Assembly (NCBI GenBank): GCA_002633005.1
Contig: NMRA01000533.1
Coordinates: forward strand, 234,494-298,493
Length of the DNA: 64,000 bases
Direction: 5' to 3'
From: Phoronis australis
Taxonomy: Eukaryota > Animalia > Phoronida
Shown: in pieces, positions 36,501-48,038 of the stretch
Numbering within the stretch: position 1 is the first letter of the stretch
How the letters are laid out: every line of letters begins with the position of its first letter
Made by a program: the position numbers and the translations under genes
The notes under the pieces: generated by a model
Told to the model about the DNA's origin: nothing
The model's input: only the letters and a program-made list of their open reading frames with translations
The model's database searches: none

Positions 36501-39500
36501 CTGCATTTTCTATCAAAGATACCTAAAGGAATTAATCAACAATGGTCCTCGAAAGTCAAAATAATATTTTTGTTTCTTATTTTTAAAAAAAATGGACAAA
36601 CTATTAAATAATTTGAAATTAACTAAATATTCACTGAGATAACAATGTATTGTGAGTATAGATTGTTTTGAAATTCGCCCACAGATAAGTTGCATGAGTT
36701 TTACCGATAACACTCAAATAACAAAGACAATCCAAATTATGTTTTATTATTGAGAATTTTTACAAAAAAATGAAGAAAACAACCGGAAAGTACTTGAAGA
36801 TGCTTTAACTCAAAGTTTGAGGCTACTAACATCGTCTCAGAAAATTTGAAAAATTGTCGGGTTTCTGGTCCGATCCCCGGGTTCCTGTTTTAAAGGTCGG
36901 GGTTCGTGCTTTTCGGGCTGGTAAGCTGTTTCGAAGGTGCGGAAGTCTGTTTTCGACTCCCGGATATCTGTTTTACACTGGGGTTCTAATTTCGATGGAA
37001 CACCTTGCATTAGTGACGCACGACACTGTACACTTTCGTATAGCGACTGTGCCGGTTAGTGCTCAAGTCGCTTTACTCTTCACTTGCCCTTCATCCAGAT
37101 GGGGTGCTGTGTGCTGCACCGATAAACAGGAACACATTGATTCGGCATGTTCAAGGAGGTCTTCAAGTCTTTTGATGCAAACACGTGCCATCCTGGGAAC
37201 AAAATTTATTAGAAATTCAAATAAATGTGATTTTAAAGAAACAACGTTGCTGTCCCTCGTTCCTTATAACCTAAAATGGCCCTCGATATCGGCTCACATT
37301 TGTATGTTATTTTATGTTATTTCACGACCATCGGTACTTTTGTCTTCTGATTGGCTGAACGCGGTACGACAACATCGGATACTGCGTACCAACGTTGTGA
37401 GGAACACCACTTTTCATTCATGCCGCCCGGAGGTCAGATGCTGCAATTCACAATCTGACCTATCAGACGCTGCGAAGACCACAACCTATCGGCCTTTAGC
37501 ACCGGGCAATAATTGCTTTCTTCGAGCCCTAGCATATGACATGGTACCATCCTCGTGATTGTTCCAAATCTGTGTATTGTCAAGTCTTGCAGGAATCTCT
37601 TTTTACAATTAAAGTCTCAGAACAAAAACTGATTAGATAACTTCTCCCATGGCCGGTTTAAATCTGGGGTACGATTGGTTTTGAAATGATACACATTCTT
37701 GAGAAAATGAATTAGGTGTCTTGGCTCTGAGATAACCAACCCCGCTTGCCCATCAACGGCCTTCCTTGTCTATCAATGACCTTGAGCTTCCCTGTCCATC
37801 AGTGCCCTTGAGCTTCCCTGTCCATCAATGACCTTGCGCTTTGTTGAACAACAAGAAGTATCGTTAAGCATTAAACCGAGGATCACTTCAAGGTCTGTTT
37901 TGACATAATTTGTCGCACTTGACACATATTGTCGCTCGGGCAACAATACGTGTCGGGTGCGACAATAAATGTTCACGACAATCCCACATCAAGAACAAGG
38001 AATGGAATACACTACCTCTATTCGAAGTACACTTTGAAACCTCAGAAACAAATTGAGGACTGGTAATTTCACAGAACAGGCTGGATAAGGTGTTCTTAAC
38101 TGAGGTGTAATACTCAAAATGGTTCACCGTAAGCAGTCAGGAGTCTTCCTAAATGCGGGTTTTGTCTTACCACTGGTCCACCATTGATCTTTGTCACACA
38201 GCAAGCCGTCAACGCGACTTGTCTCGAATGCTACAAACCCTGGAGTCACGTAGCTGCCTCTCGCCCCCTTGTGGATCTGGTATGGCACGGTAATTAATGG
38301 ACTTCCTCTGAGAGTGCACTGGTCACCCGGTAGGCCTGAGAATACAACACCAGCGTTCTAGAACAGAGTTGCGTTCAGTAGACGCAGATCAGTTGCAAGA
38401 GCGGTCTTAGCTATAGAACGAAAACAGTTAAATAATTCTATCTCATGATTCAACATTCCAACCTCGTAAGTTAATCAATTCAGTGGCCGCAGTTTTCCTT
38501 ATGCAGCTGGTAAGGTACCGCGCATACGTCTTTCACTCTCGTGATTTTGCGTTTATTTTGCGTGATTTTGCTTTTTCGAGAGTTTTTCTTTTTCTTCGAA
38601 AATAGTTGCGGGAGCTTTTTTTTCCAGTTGGAAAGATATAAAGACACTCATTTCCTTCAAAGGGGCCCATCTACTCTCGAAAGATGCAAAAAGTAACGTA
38701 ACTTTACCACGATTAACAGTAATTTGGAGAAAATCTCCCGGCCCTTGATTAGGATTTGCAATCGTCTACTATCATTGCTACTATGTACTCTATGTTCAGA
38801 GTGGTTCTAGCTCAGGTGTGTTTCAGGCTAACATTACATTGACGTCAGCTGTTACGGGCTAGCATTACATTGACGCCAGGTGTTACGGGCTAGCATTACA
38901 TTGACGCCAGTTGTTACGGGCTAGCATTACATTGACGTCAGGTGTTACGGGCTAGCATTACATTGACGTCAGGTGTTACGGGCTAGCATTACATTGACGC
39001 CAGGTGTTACGGGCTAGCATTACATTGACGCCAGGTGTTACGGGCTAGCATTACATTGACGCCAGGTGTTACGAGCTAGCATCACATTGACCCCAGGTAC
39101 TGTTACGGGCTTTCAAACTTGAGTCCGTAGCTAATGTCTGTTTTTTTATACTTCAGACGTTTACTAAAATCACGATTTTAGATACCGGTCTCCGAATTGC
39201 AATTTAAAGTCTTGACTGAGACTTCCCCAATAGCGGAGTTGCAACGCCGCCATATTGGAAATGGGTCAGAATGTTGCATTGTGGTTAAGCCGGTAAACAA
39301 GTACGTCGGCAAGCGTGGGGGCGAACCGCCCACAGGGATATTATACGTGTTGTGTGCCTGGCATGCTATAATACCAGTTAACGAAATAAAAAATTTAGTT
39401 ACTACCTGTTTCCCAAGGATCAAGAACTGCGTTAAACATGGGTCAGAGACATCGGTAGAGCTGGTAGCAAAGGCCGACTTCGTGAATTCTTTCCGACTTC

Positions 39501-42500
39501 GTAGTATAAAGTGTGCAGCGCTCATTTTGAGGGCGGCAAGAAAACGTATCCTAGAAACTGCCCAACAATATCTCCCTTCAAAGAAACAGTAACAAATACT
39601 CCACGGCGGTTGGTAGTGAAAAAAAAATTGTTTTCGCTTGACCAGAACCAAGCCAACATGAGCAATTTTGAGGATAATGCCTCTGCACAATCACCTGTTC
39701 TGGGTCGACTCACTTAACGTATGCNNNNNNNNNNNNNNNNNNNNNNNNNNNNNNNNNNNNNNNNNNNNNNNNNNNNNNNNNNNNNNNNNNNNNNNNNNNN
39801 NNNNNNNNNNNNNNNNNNNNNNNNNNNNNNNNNNNNNNNNNNNNNNNNNNNNNNNNNNNNNNNNNNNNNNNNNNNNNNNNNNNNNNNNNNNNNNNNNNNN
39901 NNNNNNNNNNNNNNNNNNNNNNNNNNNNNNNNNNNNNNNNNNNNNNNNNNNNNNNNNNNNNNNNNNNNNNNNNNNNNNNNNNNNNNNNNNNNNNNNNNNN
40001 NNNNNNNNNNNNNNNNNNNNNNNNNNNNNNNNNNNNNNNNNNNNNNNNNNNNNNNNNNNNNNNNNNNNNNNNNNNNNNNNNNNNNNNNNNNNNNNNNNNN
40101 NNNNNNNNNNNNNNNNGCTGTCGGATCTTTCAATTGATAAATTGGAGACGTTACAACTGTAGGTAAGGGCATTTTTCGCATGTAGTTCATGGGCTGGGCG
40201 CTTACTTTAGCAAAGTCTGAAAACGCGTTGGGGCACTTGTTGAGCCATGGGCGCTAATTAGGGCGAATACCGGCAGAATTACATACAGCAGCGTAGTTTA
40301 ATGCACACAAATTACACGTTGTGCAAACCAGTCGGTCATCCCGTTTACCATCAACAATCCCAGTAGCCTTTGCGCACCCTAATTTCCGGACATGCGCAAT
40401 CGTTAAATCGATTCGGTTGCAACTCCGCTATTAACCAACATAGGTTTGCGTACAGGGTTATTGGGGACTTAATGCTTTAGTCGTGAAAATCACCTTTCAT
40501 TGACCTTGTAATTCTCCCATGGGCGTTCTCACGAACAACGTTTTATATCTTGACTACAAATATTTCCACATAAACAATACATATACAATCCCACACACTG
40601 TATACTTTTTTACGATCACCTTCATCTCGGTTTCTCATGAACCACAGACATATCCTTGCCAAATGCAACTGTAAGTCACGGGAATAGTTAGCGAGAAAAG
40701 AATTGTCGTGCCTAAGAAGTGAAATGAATTGAGTTCATGAGATAAAGAGCTTGGGGTGTAGACCAGTTATCATGTTTTATGAACTTCAACAATTCGGGTG
40801 CTGTGTTTAGAAAGAATGTAGACAGCAGTAGCCATACGTAATGCGCCTGACCTAAATATTGGGACGCTAGATTTTCAATGACACACGACGAAGACGTTGA
40901 TCTTACCAAAACAGTACGCTGCCGGGCACGTGGGTACGGCTTCCAAGAAGTACACGACGGTACTGTAGCCACAGTTCTTGACCCGTATGTCGATTGTGTC
41001 GCTGCAACACGACGTTAGGGGCACACAGGCCTTTCGCTTCACCACGCCATCACTCGTGGAAGGAATGTTCCCTAACGGTCAAACACACTTGGTGTTTAAA
41101 CTAAATCTCTTCTGACTGGATGCATTTACTTTATGAAAAATTACGTCAAAGACAATTTCATTATCAGTTTGATACTTAACAGAGACTGAATACCTTTTAT
41201 GGGCGCTAAACATTAACAAATTCTGAACAATCATATTTTGCGCACAGGCAATTTGGGGTCTACTTGAACGACAAGATCGGAAATGGAAAGGACTGCGGAA
41301 CAGTGTCGGATCTAATTAGTCGTACTGGGGATCCAACCATGATTTTTTTGAAAGAAATTGTCCGAGAAAATCCTAAAAACAACTTGCTGACGACATTTGG
41401 TAGTATCCATAGGGATTGGACCCCTGATAAACTAAATCCGCCGTAAAAGCAGAGCATCATTTTACTGTGAACGCATTGCAACATGCGTGTCCAGTTGATC
41501 AGTGAAAATTTTTCCAAACTAATTTGTGAAAAAGATACCAAACCCACTTTTGGCCTATTGACAGTTCTATGAAACGAAATAATGCCCTGTAACCCTCGAC
41601 AGCCGCCGTAAGTTTGGAGCAAAATTTGAAAACCCCTTTCAAAGTCTGCTAAACGGGCAAGCGTGACCAACGCTTTAGGCGAGTTACACGGTAACTGTGA
41701 AGAAAGACCACACACCAAGAACCATAATATTCAACATGTGACACAGGGAGCATGATTTTTAGTTTAACCATGCATTTATCACTCAAGTGGGACACCAATG
41801 GCGCATTAACAGATGACAGAACGAGGGTTAGTTAAAATCACCAAAAATGGGTTTAGTACCTTTTTACTAGAGACACAGATTCATACTGCCTGACCTTGCA
41901 TCCAGATTGGGTATTTGGTACCACATCTGTACTTTCCCACACATGACGTCGGCATGGTGAGCGCTCTTGCCGCATTCGACGGCGCCTCAAACACGTACCA
42001 ACCTGTTCGCAAAGCAAATTCAGAATCCTACATTCTGTCATATTAGCTGTGCAAACGTTAAATGAACTCTTTTGAGTACTAGGAGTAAATAAGCGTAAAA
42101 AACTCTTTTTGTATGACGGTACGAACAAAATGTGAGCGCGTCCCGCTCCAATTTGTCTCCCTCAGGTTGCCATCAATTTTCACCTTCCGGTCGCCACCTC
42201 TCCTCCGGTCATACACCATCGTGAATGGATTTTGGAAGGCTACGCTTAAAACTCACCTGGCTGAAAAGCCGAGCTCTTGCCGTCGCATAGCAAAGCGTCT
42301 TCCGGCATGTTCACGATGGTGTTGATATACGTTGCCCGGTCGTTTTCTAGCGTATACACCATAGTCTTTATGGTCTCTTCCAACCCGCATTGACTTCCCA
42401 TCTCGCCTGAAGTATATGACTGTTAGTCACGGTTAACATTTTATACATAGTCATTTTTACAAACACATAAAACACTTGCGGTAGGCTAATACCACTGACT

Positions 42501-45500
42501 ATGACAATGCTATTCATGATAACAACAAATAACAAGTTATAATTGCACGTGAAACAACGACACCGACTTTTGTAGTAAAGTTAAACAGCAATAAAATCCA
42601 GTTATGAGAATAGCAATCAAAACCCGCTTTAAGGGGATTCTACACAAGTTTAATTTGTACTTTTATATCTTCACATTTTGTGTTTTGGTCTTTGCCTACT
42701 ACGCTTTTTCAGCAAACTGTGTCGAAACCCCCTTAACAAACTTTTGATCTCAACTTGATCTTTTCTCGGACAGTTAGTGTAAGTTTTGATCCTGCAAAAA
42801 TGGCAGTTCTATGTAATTCCTCGAGACCATGCTGGGCGCATCAAATGACACGTGACAAGTTCTGCAGAGCCTGGTCTCGGGAAATAACGACTGTCAGTTC
42901 TTTACAGGTCCAAAACTTAACACAAATTGAATCAAATCAAGTGATTCGTCAATAAAAAAACACATGTGTCTCAACACAAGAATTACGCACATTATGAGCT
43001 CAGGATGTCCACGTGCATCATTCCGTCCAAATAGATTTTAGAATAAAAAGTTCGTTTTCTATATTGACGGGAAGGGGCTCGATTTTACGACATATGTCTA
43101 CATTACAAACTGGAAGGTTCATTTGAACCATATAATCATTCAGCAGCCTAGTAGGCTATATAGGCAGGTACGACATGCTAAACTATTTTTACCAAAGCAG
43201 TACGCTGCTGGGCATGCGTAGTTCCCAGACAGGAAGTAGGCTACTATGCCGTCTCCACAGTTCCTGACCTTCATCGATTGTCTCTGGAGGCAGCAACTGT
43301 CGCCAACAGTGACGCAAGCAGCGGCGTCTACTGTCACTCTCTCTTCATTCGGTATCCGACCTGCGGCAGAACAATGTCGAAAGGTCTAATGCTTGTTCGT
43401 GGCTTTTGCTGTATTATTGTACGACTACTGATACTTCTGACCCCTGATTGGCTGGAACGTGGAACGATAACTTCCGTTATTGACCGACCTCGCTGCGGCC
43501 ACTTTTCTTACATGCCACCCATCAGATGCCGCTATTTGCGATCTGACCAATCAGACTCTAAAGAAACCACTGACACATCCAGCTTCAATTATGTGGCACT
43601 CACTTGTTGAGTTGGCTTAGAATTTGGACTACTGTACTGCATATGAAGGCTGCGAATGACTTTTGCTTGACTTTTTAGTCTGATCTGATTGAAAGCCTGT
43701 TACATGCTCAGTCCTTGACCCACTCTTTGCTCTGTGGTGACTTTCGAAAGTTTCATTGTGTTCGTGAAAGTGGCAGTTGAAATTAGGCAGGATTTGAAGG
43801 TACTGTCCAGTTACGTTGGAGTTGTAAAAAGTATAGTTTGTGGACATCTATCTTTCATCTGATTTTGCAATCTGGAGAGTTTTGGTAGTATGAATGCACT
43901 GTATCTCAGCTCATAGTAATCGTATGGGAATGGCCTAGTACATACAATGCTTTCTCGCGCTTTCAGTTACTGTGCAATGTATGTCACCTAATAAGCATTT
44001 TTAAAAAATCGCATGCAATTGGCGGCTTTGAAGTGAAAGCTGACGATTTGGTATATTTTTGCTCGTTTTTAATGATACCGTTTCCTGTACATTCACCAAT
44101 TTAGAACACAGGGGGAGTTTTGTTAGACGGCGAAAGATATTATTAAAACATAAGCATTTCGTAACTTTCAATCATGTTTGTGTTTGCTTGACTTACTATT
44201 ATTGTTTTGTTCTGTTAAAAGGCGGACGAGGTTTACTGGGAAACCTTATTACTTGTGGCAGAAGTTGAGTGAGTACCCAGAATGCATGTTTCAGCTGTAA
44301 CTAACTACGGCAGCCATTTTGTGTGGTGGTGCACCACCGAAAATAAAAATTAAACTAAAAACTCATATTGATTTCAGTTAAGTTTGGAAATATTTGGAGT
44401 TGTATGAAAGGGCTTACGTTTCAAGTGAACTAACTTGCTTTAAAGTTCGTTTTATGAAACTTTTGACTAAAACAAAGCAGAAAGAACAGCCTTATGATAG
44501 CCGGCTCCACTCGTGGTAGTCTGAAAGATGGAAATTTCACTTTGTAATCAGTCTTGTTGGACTTTGTGCAAGTTGTTTAAGTCTTTGGGTCGGTATACTG
44601 TTCATATCATTAGTTCAGTGAAAACGTTCTTTCTTCCCTGCGAGAACTATTTTGGATCATGCTTAAAGAAAATATGAAAAAGGTAAACGTATGTATTGAG
44701 GTAAAACATCTGAAATATAATTTGCTTAATCGCAGACCAAAGTCCCTCACCGATTACATTTATTTTCTTGAGCGTGCAGCCCATATTCAATGTACAAACA
44801 CGGAACTTTCCACACTTTTGTACCTTTCATCCAAACAGGGTTTCGTGTTCCGCAGTGATACTCAGGCAAGCAAGACGTCGGCATGGTAAGTGATTGGGCC
44901 GAGTCACTGAAGGCTTGGAAAATGTACCACGCTACAAAAATCAAAGAGCGAGTAACTATCTGTATCCAGACCAGTTAGATATGACACAAGTCGACGTGAA
45001 GGTGATAATTAAGATGAATGGCAAAAGCGTATGAGGCGAGTGAAAAGGACTGTTGTGACGTAGGACGATAAATTCCCCAGACAGAGAAGTCCGGGAACTT
45101 ATTTCATAAAAAATGACCTTTCATAGTCAGAAATTTAGTCTTGCGCTCTGTATATTTGTTTCAGAAAATAATAATTCAAAAACGTAATGCAAATCTGAGA
45201 ATGACGACTACTTTGTTGGTCGTTGACGGGGGTAACAACAGCAAGGTTTAGATTTGTGGTCGATGGTTGTTGACTTCAAGGTGTCAACGCAGCAAGACAA
45301 CGTCAGAACTGGGTGACGTTCCGCACACGTGAGAACCTCATTAAAATGCAAGAATTTACGAAGTGCCGACATTTATTGCGAGCACACTACCTTTGATTCT
45401 TCCTGTTCACCTACCTTCATCCCAGTTTTGTCCTCGTTCGTCGCAACGTATCTCTTTGCTTTTATCTGTCCTCATATAAGCAGCACGGTTCGACTCACTC

Positions 45501-48038
45501 TCTGTGTACGGGACAAATACAAGCGCACCGTGGTTCGGCTCAAGCTCGCACAAATCATAAGGAATACCTAACGGAACAACGAGAATGCGACAATCGAATT
45601 AGTGATGGTTTTGCTAGAAGCAAATGGTCAAAAATCCGTTTCACTGAAACTGTTTGACGGCGTTTTAGTGAAAGTTTAGTGTGTTGGTCTGAATGTCGTT
45701 TCAACACGGCAACTTTGCAATCTTTCCGGCTAGCCCACAAGACAATCCTATTCATTACACCACATTACAACCGGCATGCCGTGGCTACAGGCAGTCAATA
45801 GTTATAGACGGCTTGTCAGAGCAAAATAATTAATATGCATAAGAGCACATGTACACACATTGGTGTTAAATGAATGTTACTGACGGACGAAAAACACGTT
45901 TTTGAACTTCCTGAAGTTATTAGCTTTGATCAAGGGCCCTTTTCACGAAACTGACTTTAGCTCATTTTCGACTTGGGTCTAAGATTTGTCTCAACCACCA
46001 AACTTTGAAACTTCCACTCGCGGTAAGTTAGTCAAATTAAGACAAAACTTAAGTCAAAAACTTAAGTCAAACTTCTTGAAACGGCCTTGATACAAATTTA
46101 AGTTTTATATTAAATTTGACATGAATTTAAGATTTGTCTGGGCTAAGTCAGTATTCTTGGAAAGGGCACCATAGCTATAAAACAACAACGTCCGCTGTGT
46201 TTTTGTTATTGTATTTCAAGTCGCCAAGTCGCTCTATTTTGTTATGAAAATACGCATAAAATACTCTACCTCGTAGCGCCTGCGATTTGGCTCAGTAGTG
46301 CACAGAGGTCGGTTGCCTCTACGGAGATATTGAATTTGATTCCGTGCCACTGCTAATTTCTGTCAAGTTACTTTTCTTGCCGATTAATTCGGGGCTTTCA
46401 AGAGATTTCAAACTTTTTTGAATAAACTATGCAATTGCCACTAAATGCATTTGATTGGTCACTGTTCCATCACTGTATGTAATGATACCGCAATTACTTT
46501 TGGTCATGGAAAACATTAGCAGAGTTAGTTTATTACACATCATGTGTTGTGTAGTGAACGTTTAGTTCTGTGTGGGTACCGATGGCCTATTTACAAGGAA
46601 CAAATCTAGATATGCATCTGCATACATATATACTGCGAGGGTTTAAAATATACAATATGTGCAGATGAATAATTGTTTAAGTCTAAATAAGGAACAAAAC
46701 ACTTTAGGGATGATATCTTGTAGGTTTACCTTTTCTTAGTTTATACCACGCGTGGAAGTCTTTGTTCTCAGTGAACTTTATTCGTCCAGTCGATTCCACA
46801 TAGTAACATTTCTTGTTCACCAACCTGTAGCTAAATGCCAAGCAGTTGGTCAGGAGGCAGCATTTGCTTACGCACGACGTCTCCGAAGGTACGTTCTCTA
46901 CTCTGTCCCACTTTTTGTACTCAATACTCTGATATGGTGCGCGTCTCATGTTGCAGGAACCGCGAGTTTCGCGCAGGTCTTCGACTAAGATGAAATGAGT
47001 AGAATACGTTTTCTTTCTATGGACCTGTACGTGTTCTTCAAAAATTCATAACAACCGTGTTTGACAACAATGCAAATGGAAATAACGCGAAAACTTGACA
47101 TGTCTACCCATGGGTTGAACTTTCCTACACTTGCAGATTTGTAGCATTCAGTCCTGTTTAGTTGGCAAAAAAAAAACGAAAATCGAATTAGGTTTGTTGC
47201 TTTCAAGTCACTGGCGACGTGTACATGAGCCATTTTCGAATTCGCAATTTTAGAGTTGGAATAAACTCTGGAGCGTTTTCTTGAGTCACAATGTTCGTGT
47301 TGGTAACGGAAATATACTTTTTTCATGGTGAGGCCCAATTCGGTTTTCGTTTTAGCCAGCTAAACTTGGTCAAATGCAGCTTTTTAAACCCGTCCAAAAT
47401 CCCTAGCCTCGACGGTGCTTAGTGAGTTTAAAGTGAAGTTTATCGCTGATTCGCGCATGTTTTGCATGTTCTGCCTCCAACTAGCCGCAAGCAGTCTCGG
47501 CCCATTGAAATACTTAGCAAAACAAAACTTCATTATATGCTACTTAAGTTTAGGATTCCAAGTACGATTCTTGTCAGTAAGAACATACGTACGAAACCCC
47601 GGAACTGAGTATGCACCCATGATGTATGCGACAGTGTTGTAATGGCTACACTTGGGTGACTTCGCCGGTTCCGCCCTGGTCAAGCGGTTAAGGCATCTGA
47701 TTGGTTTGTAAGCCGTATAGCCGTCGAAAACCAATCTGGTTGGTGCTTGATGGCTACATCCGGCTTACAGACTAATCAGATGTCTTGGGAGTTTCGATCC
47801 GGCGAGGAACCGGCGAAATCAATCAAATGAGATAGCATGTGGCTGCGTACATCGATAGTTCAATTCGAAAACAGGATTTAGTTCTTGTATTTCATTGCAC
47901 CGACCAGTTTGCCAAAAGCCCATAACAAGATCAAGAATTGGCTGTTGATCTGTTCGACTTACCCGCTTGGTTCGAGCAACTGACTTGGTGTGGTCCCAAA
48001 AGTGCGCAGAGAGTCGTCAAAAGGGATAATGTCAGCAT
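21112..48038 (-). CDS. Predicted ~1971-aa type I membrane protein: signal peptide, PAN/apple, 5x UMOD/GP2/OIT3-type D8C, TM, helical repeats, 2x dynein-MTBD-like (17 coding exons)
   Basis: Exons: 47963-48038, 46730-46984, 45415-45567, 44824-44931, 43193-43360, 42257-42406, 41895-42002, 40907-41071, 38171-38335, 37088-37192, 32797-32964, 32414-32563, 31943-32050, 30339-30506, 29120-29389, 26734-26901, 21112-24542. All introns are phase 1 with AG acceptors and GT donors (one GC). Internal exon lengths are multiples of 3, there are no stops, and the total is 5916 nt. Joining them into one transcript is inferred. Confidence 0.8.
24630..24858 (-). mobile_element. Probable tRNA-derived SINE
   Basis: The minus strand has an A-box-like TGGCTTAGCGG and a B-box-like GGTTTGAACCC at tRNA spacing. 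There is no proper cloverleaf, and an unrelated body follows. Confidence 0.55.
26224..26381. repeat. Near-perfect foldback palindrome, ~70-bp arms (small MITE)
   Basis: ATATAAATCGGTAAATAAAACAACAAGAATGGATCAACTGAAATTTGAAATTTT..GATGTAACAACTT is mirrored by its reverse complement after a ~17-nt loop. Confidence 0.85.
26734..29389 (-). CDS. D8C repeat 5 (exons 29120-29389, 26734-26901)
   Basis: AC...LSCDKDDWEEGWYVF...MPTSCVPENRCGTRFPVWME|GSIPEADAGVMETKAC...CC...VKNC...CPAAYCF. Confidence 0.85.
29798..29869 (+). tRNA. Initiator tRNA-Met (CAT)
   Basis: AGCAGAGTGGCGCAGTGGAAGCGTGCTGGGCCCATAACCCAGAGGTCCGAGGATCGAAACCTTGCTCTGCTA has the A1-U72 pair, GGG/CCC anticodon stem and GATCG T-loop. A T7 Pol III terminator follows at 29873-29879. 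Confidence 0.97.
30339..32563 (-). CDS. D8C repeat 4 (exons 32414-32563, 31943-32050, 30339-30506)
   Basis: EC...HRCDSYYWTE|GWFMF...MPTSCVPEYRCGTKSPVWMN|GTIPRQSDGIVDRKAC...CC...VMKC...CPSSYCV. Confidence 0.85.
32797..38335 (-). CDS. D8C repeat 3 (exons 38171-38335, 37088-37192, 32797-32964)
   Basis: QC...LLCDKDQWWTS|GWHVF...MPNQCVPVYRCSTQHPIWMK|GNVPTEMEGVVLRQAC...CC...VKNC...CPSAYCF. There is a GC donor after the middle exon. Confidence 0.85.
33073..34333 (-). mobile_element. Non-autonomous Helentron-associated element (HINE/DINE-1-like)
   Basis: Subterminal IR ACTCTGCGCGTG (33109-33120) / CACGCGCAGAGT (34319-34330), extra IR at 34306-34315, and terminal hairpin TTATTGTCAC-GGC-GTGACAATAA (33083-33105). 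Also an (AAGAAT)n microsatellite (~34240-34278) and ~430-bp internal tandem units starting near 33241, 33674 and 34108. Confidence 0.75.
34475..34970 (+). mobile_element. Penelope-like element 3' fragment (GIY-YIG C-terminus) with inverted pseudo-LTR copy
   Basis: AIFSHLCATGHDFNTDDVTILDCEEDWLKRRVKEALHERIESPTLNKRGGLR. ~34475-34540 is a diverged inverted copy of ~34900-34970. Confidence 0.8.
36331..37006. mobile_element. MITE with ~150-bp imperfect TIRs
   Basis: AGGGTGTTCCATTGAAAC...CGAACCCCGACCTTTAAAACAGGAACCC mirrors GGGTTCCTGTTTTAAAGGTCGGGGTTCG...ATGGAACACCTT. Confidence 0.8.
37773..37836. repeat. Short tandem repeat, 26-bp unit x ~2.5
   Basis: CAATGACCTTGAGCTTCCCTGTCCAT is repeated. Confidence 0.8.
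38825..39111. repeat. Minisatellite, 31-bp unit x ~9
   Basis: GGGCTAGCATTACATTGACGCCAGGTGTTAC tandem copies with no spacers. Confidence 0.95.
39333..39600 (+). pseudogene. Degenerate THAP zinc-finger domain (transposon-derived)
   Basis: CCVPG-C...SYYLFPKDQELR*TWV...YKVCSAHFEGGKKTY...PTI, with stops and a frameshift. Confidence 0.7.
39725..40116. other. Assembly gap (N run)
   Basis: 392 N. Confidence 1.
40907..42406 (-). CDS. D8C repeat 2 (exons 42257-42406, 41895-42002, 40907-41071)
   Basis: QC...LLCDGKSSAFQP|GWYVF...MPTSCVGKYRCGTKYPIWMQ|GNIPSTSDGVVKRKACVPLTSCC...VKNC...CPAAYCF. Confidence 0.85.
42629..42736. mobile_element. Small TTAA-flanked MITE (Kolobok/piggyBac type)
   Basis: TTAA-GGGGATTCTACACA ... 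TGTGTCGAAACCCCC-TTAA. Confidence 0.6.
43193..45567 (-). CDS. D8C repeat 1 (exons 45415-45567, 44824-44931, 43193-43360)
   Basis: C...RCDERGQNWDE|AWYIF...MPTSCLPEYHCGTRNPVWMK|GRIP...ACVTVGDSCC...VRNC...CPAAYCF. Confidence 0.85.
45933..46170. mobile_element. MITE (PIF/Harbinger-like TIRs)
   Basis: GGGCCCTTTTCACGAAACTGACTTTAGC ... GCTAAGTCAGTATTCTTGGAAAGGGCACC. Confidence 0.55.
46730..46984 (-). CDS. Coding exon 2: PAN/apple-like domain
   Basis: SCVSKCCLLTNCLAFSYRLVNKKCYY matches the PAN pattern C-x3-C-x5-C-x-AFSY-x6-C. It is 255 nt with AG/GT ends. Confidence 0.75.
47644..47838. mobile_element. Foldback MITE, family A copy 1
   Basis: GGCTACACTTGGGTGACTTCGCCGGTTCC ... GGAACCGGCGAAATCA, with an internal IR CATCTGATTGGTTTGTAAGCCG / CGGCTTACAGACTAATCAGATG. 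Confidence 0.65.
47963..48038 (-). CDS. Coding exon 1: signal peptide MLTLSLLTTLCALLGPHQVSCSNQA
   Basis: ATG, hydrophobic core and VSC cleavage-like site. Donor is G|GTAAGT in phase 1. An acceptor near 48098 suggests an upstream UTR exon. Confidence 0.7.

Noticed and set aside
36854-37558. 234-aa plus-strand ORF
   Set aside because: It runs across a MITE TIR and the antisense of a D8C exon, and has no recognisable motifs.
38825-39111. 31-bp repeats resembling a CRISPR array
   Set aside because: The units are head-to-tail with no unique spacers, the context is eukaryotic and there are no cas genes. It is a minisatellite.
39668-40190. ORFs spanning poly-X
   Set aside because: They are translations of the N gap.
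46270-46318. Possible small exon (EATDLCALLSQIAGAT) between PAN and D8C1
   Set aside because: It ends in phase 2 and would break the frame. The neighbouring exons join cleanly without it.
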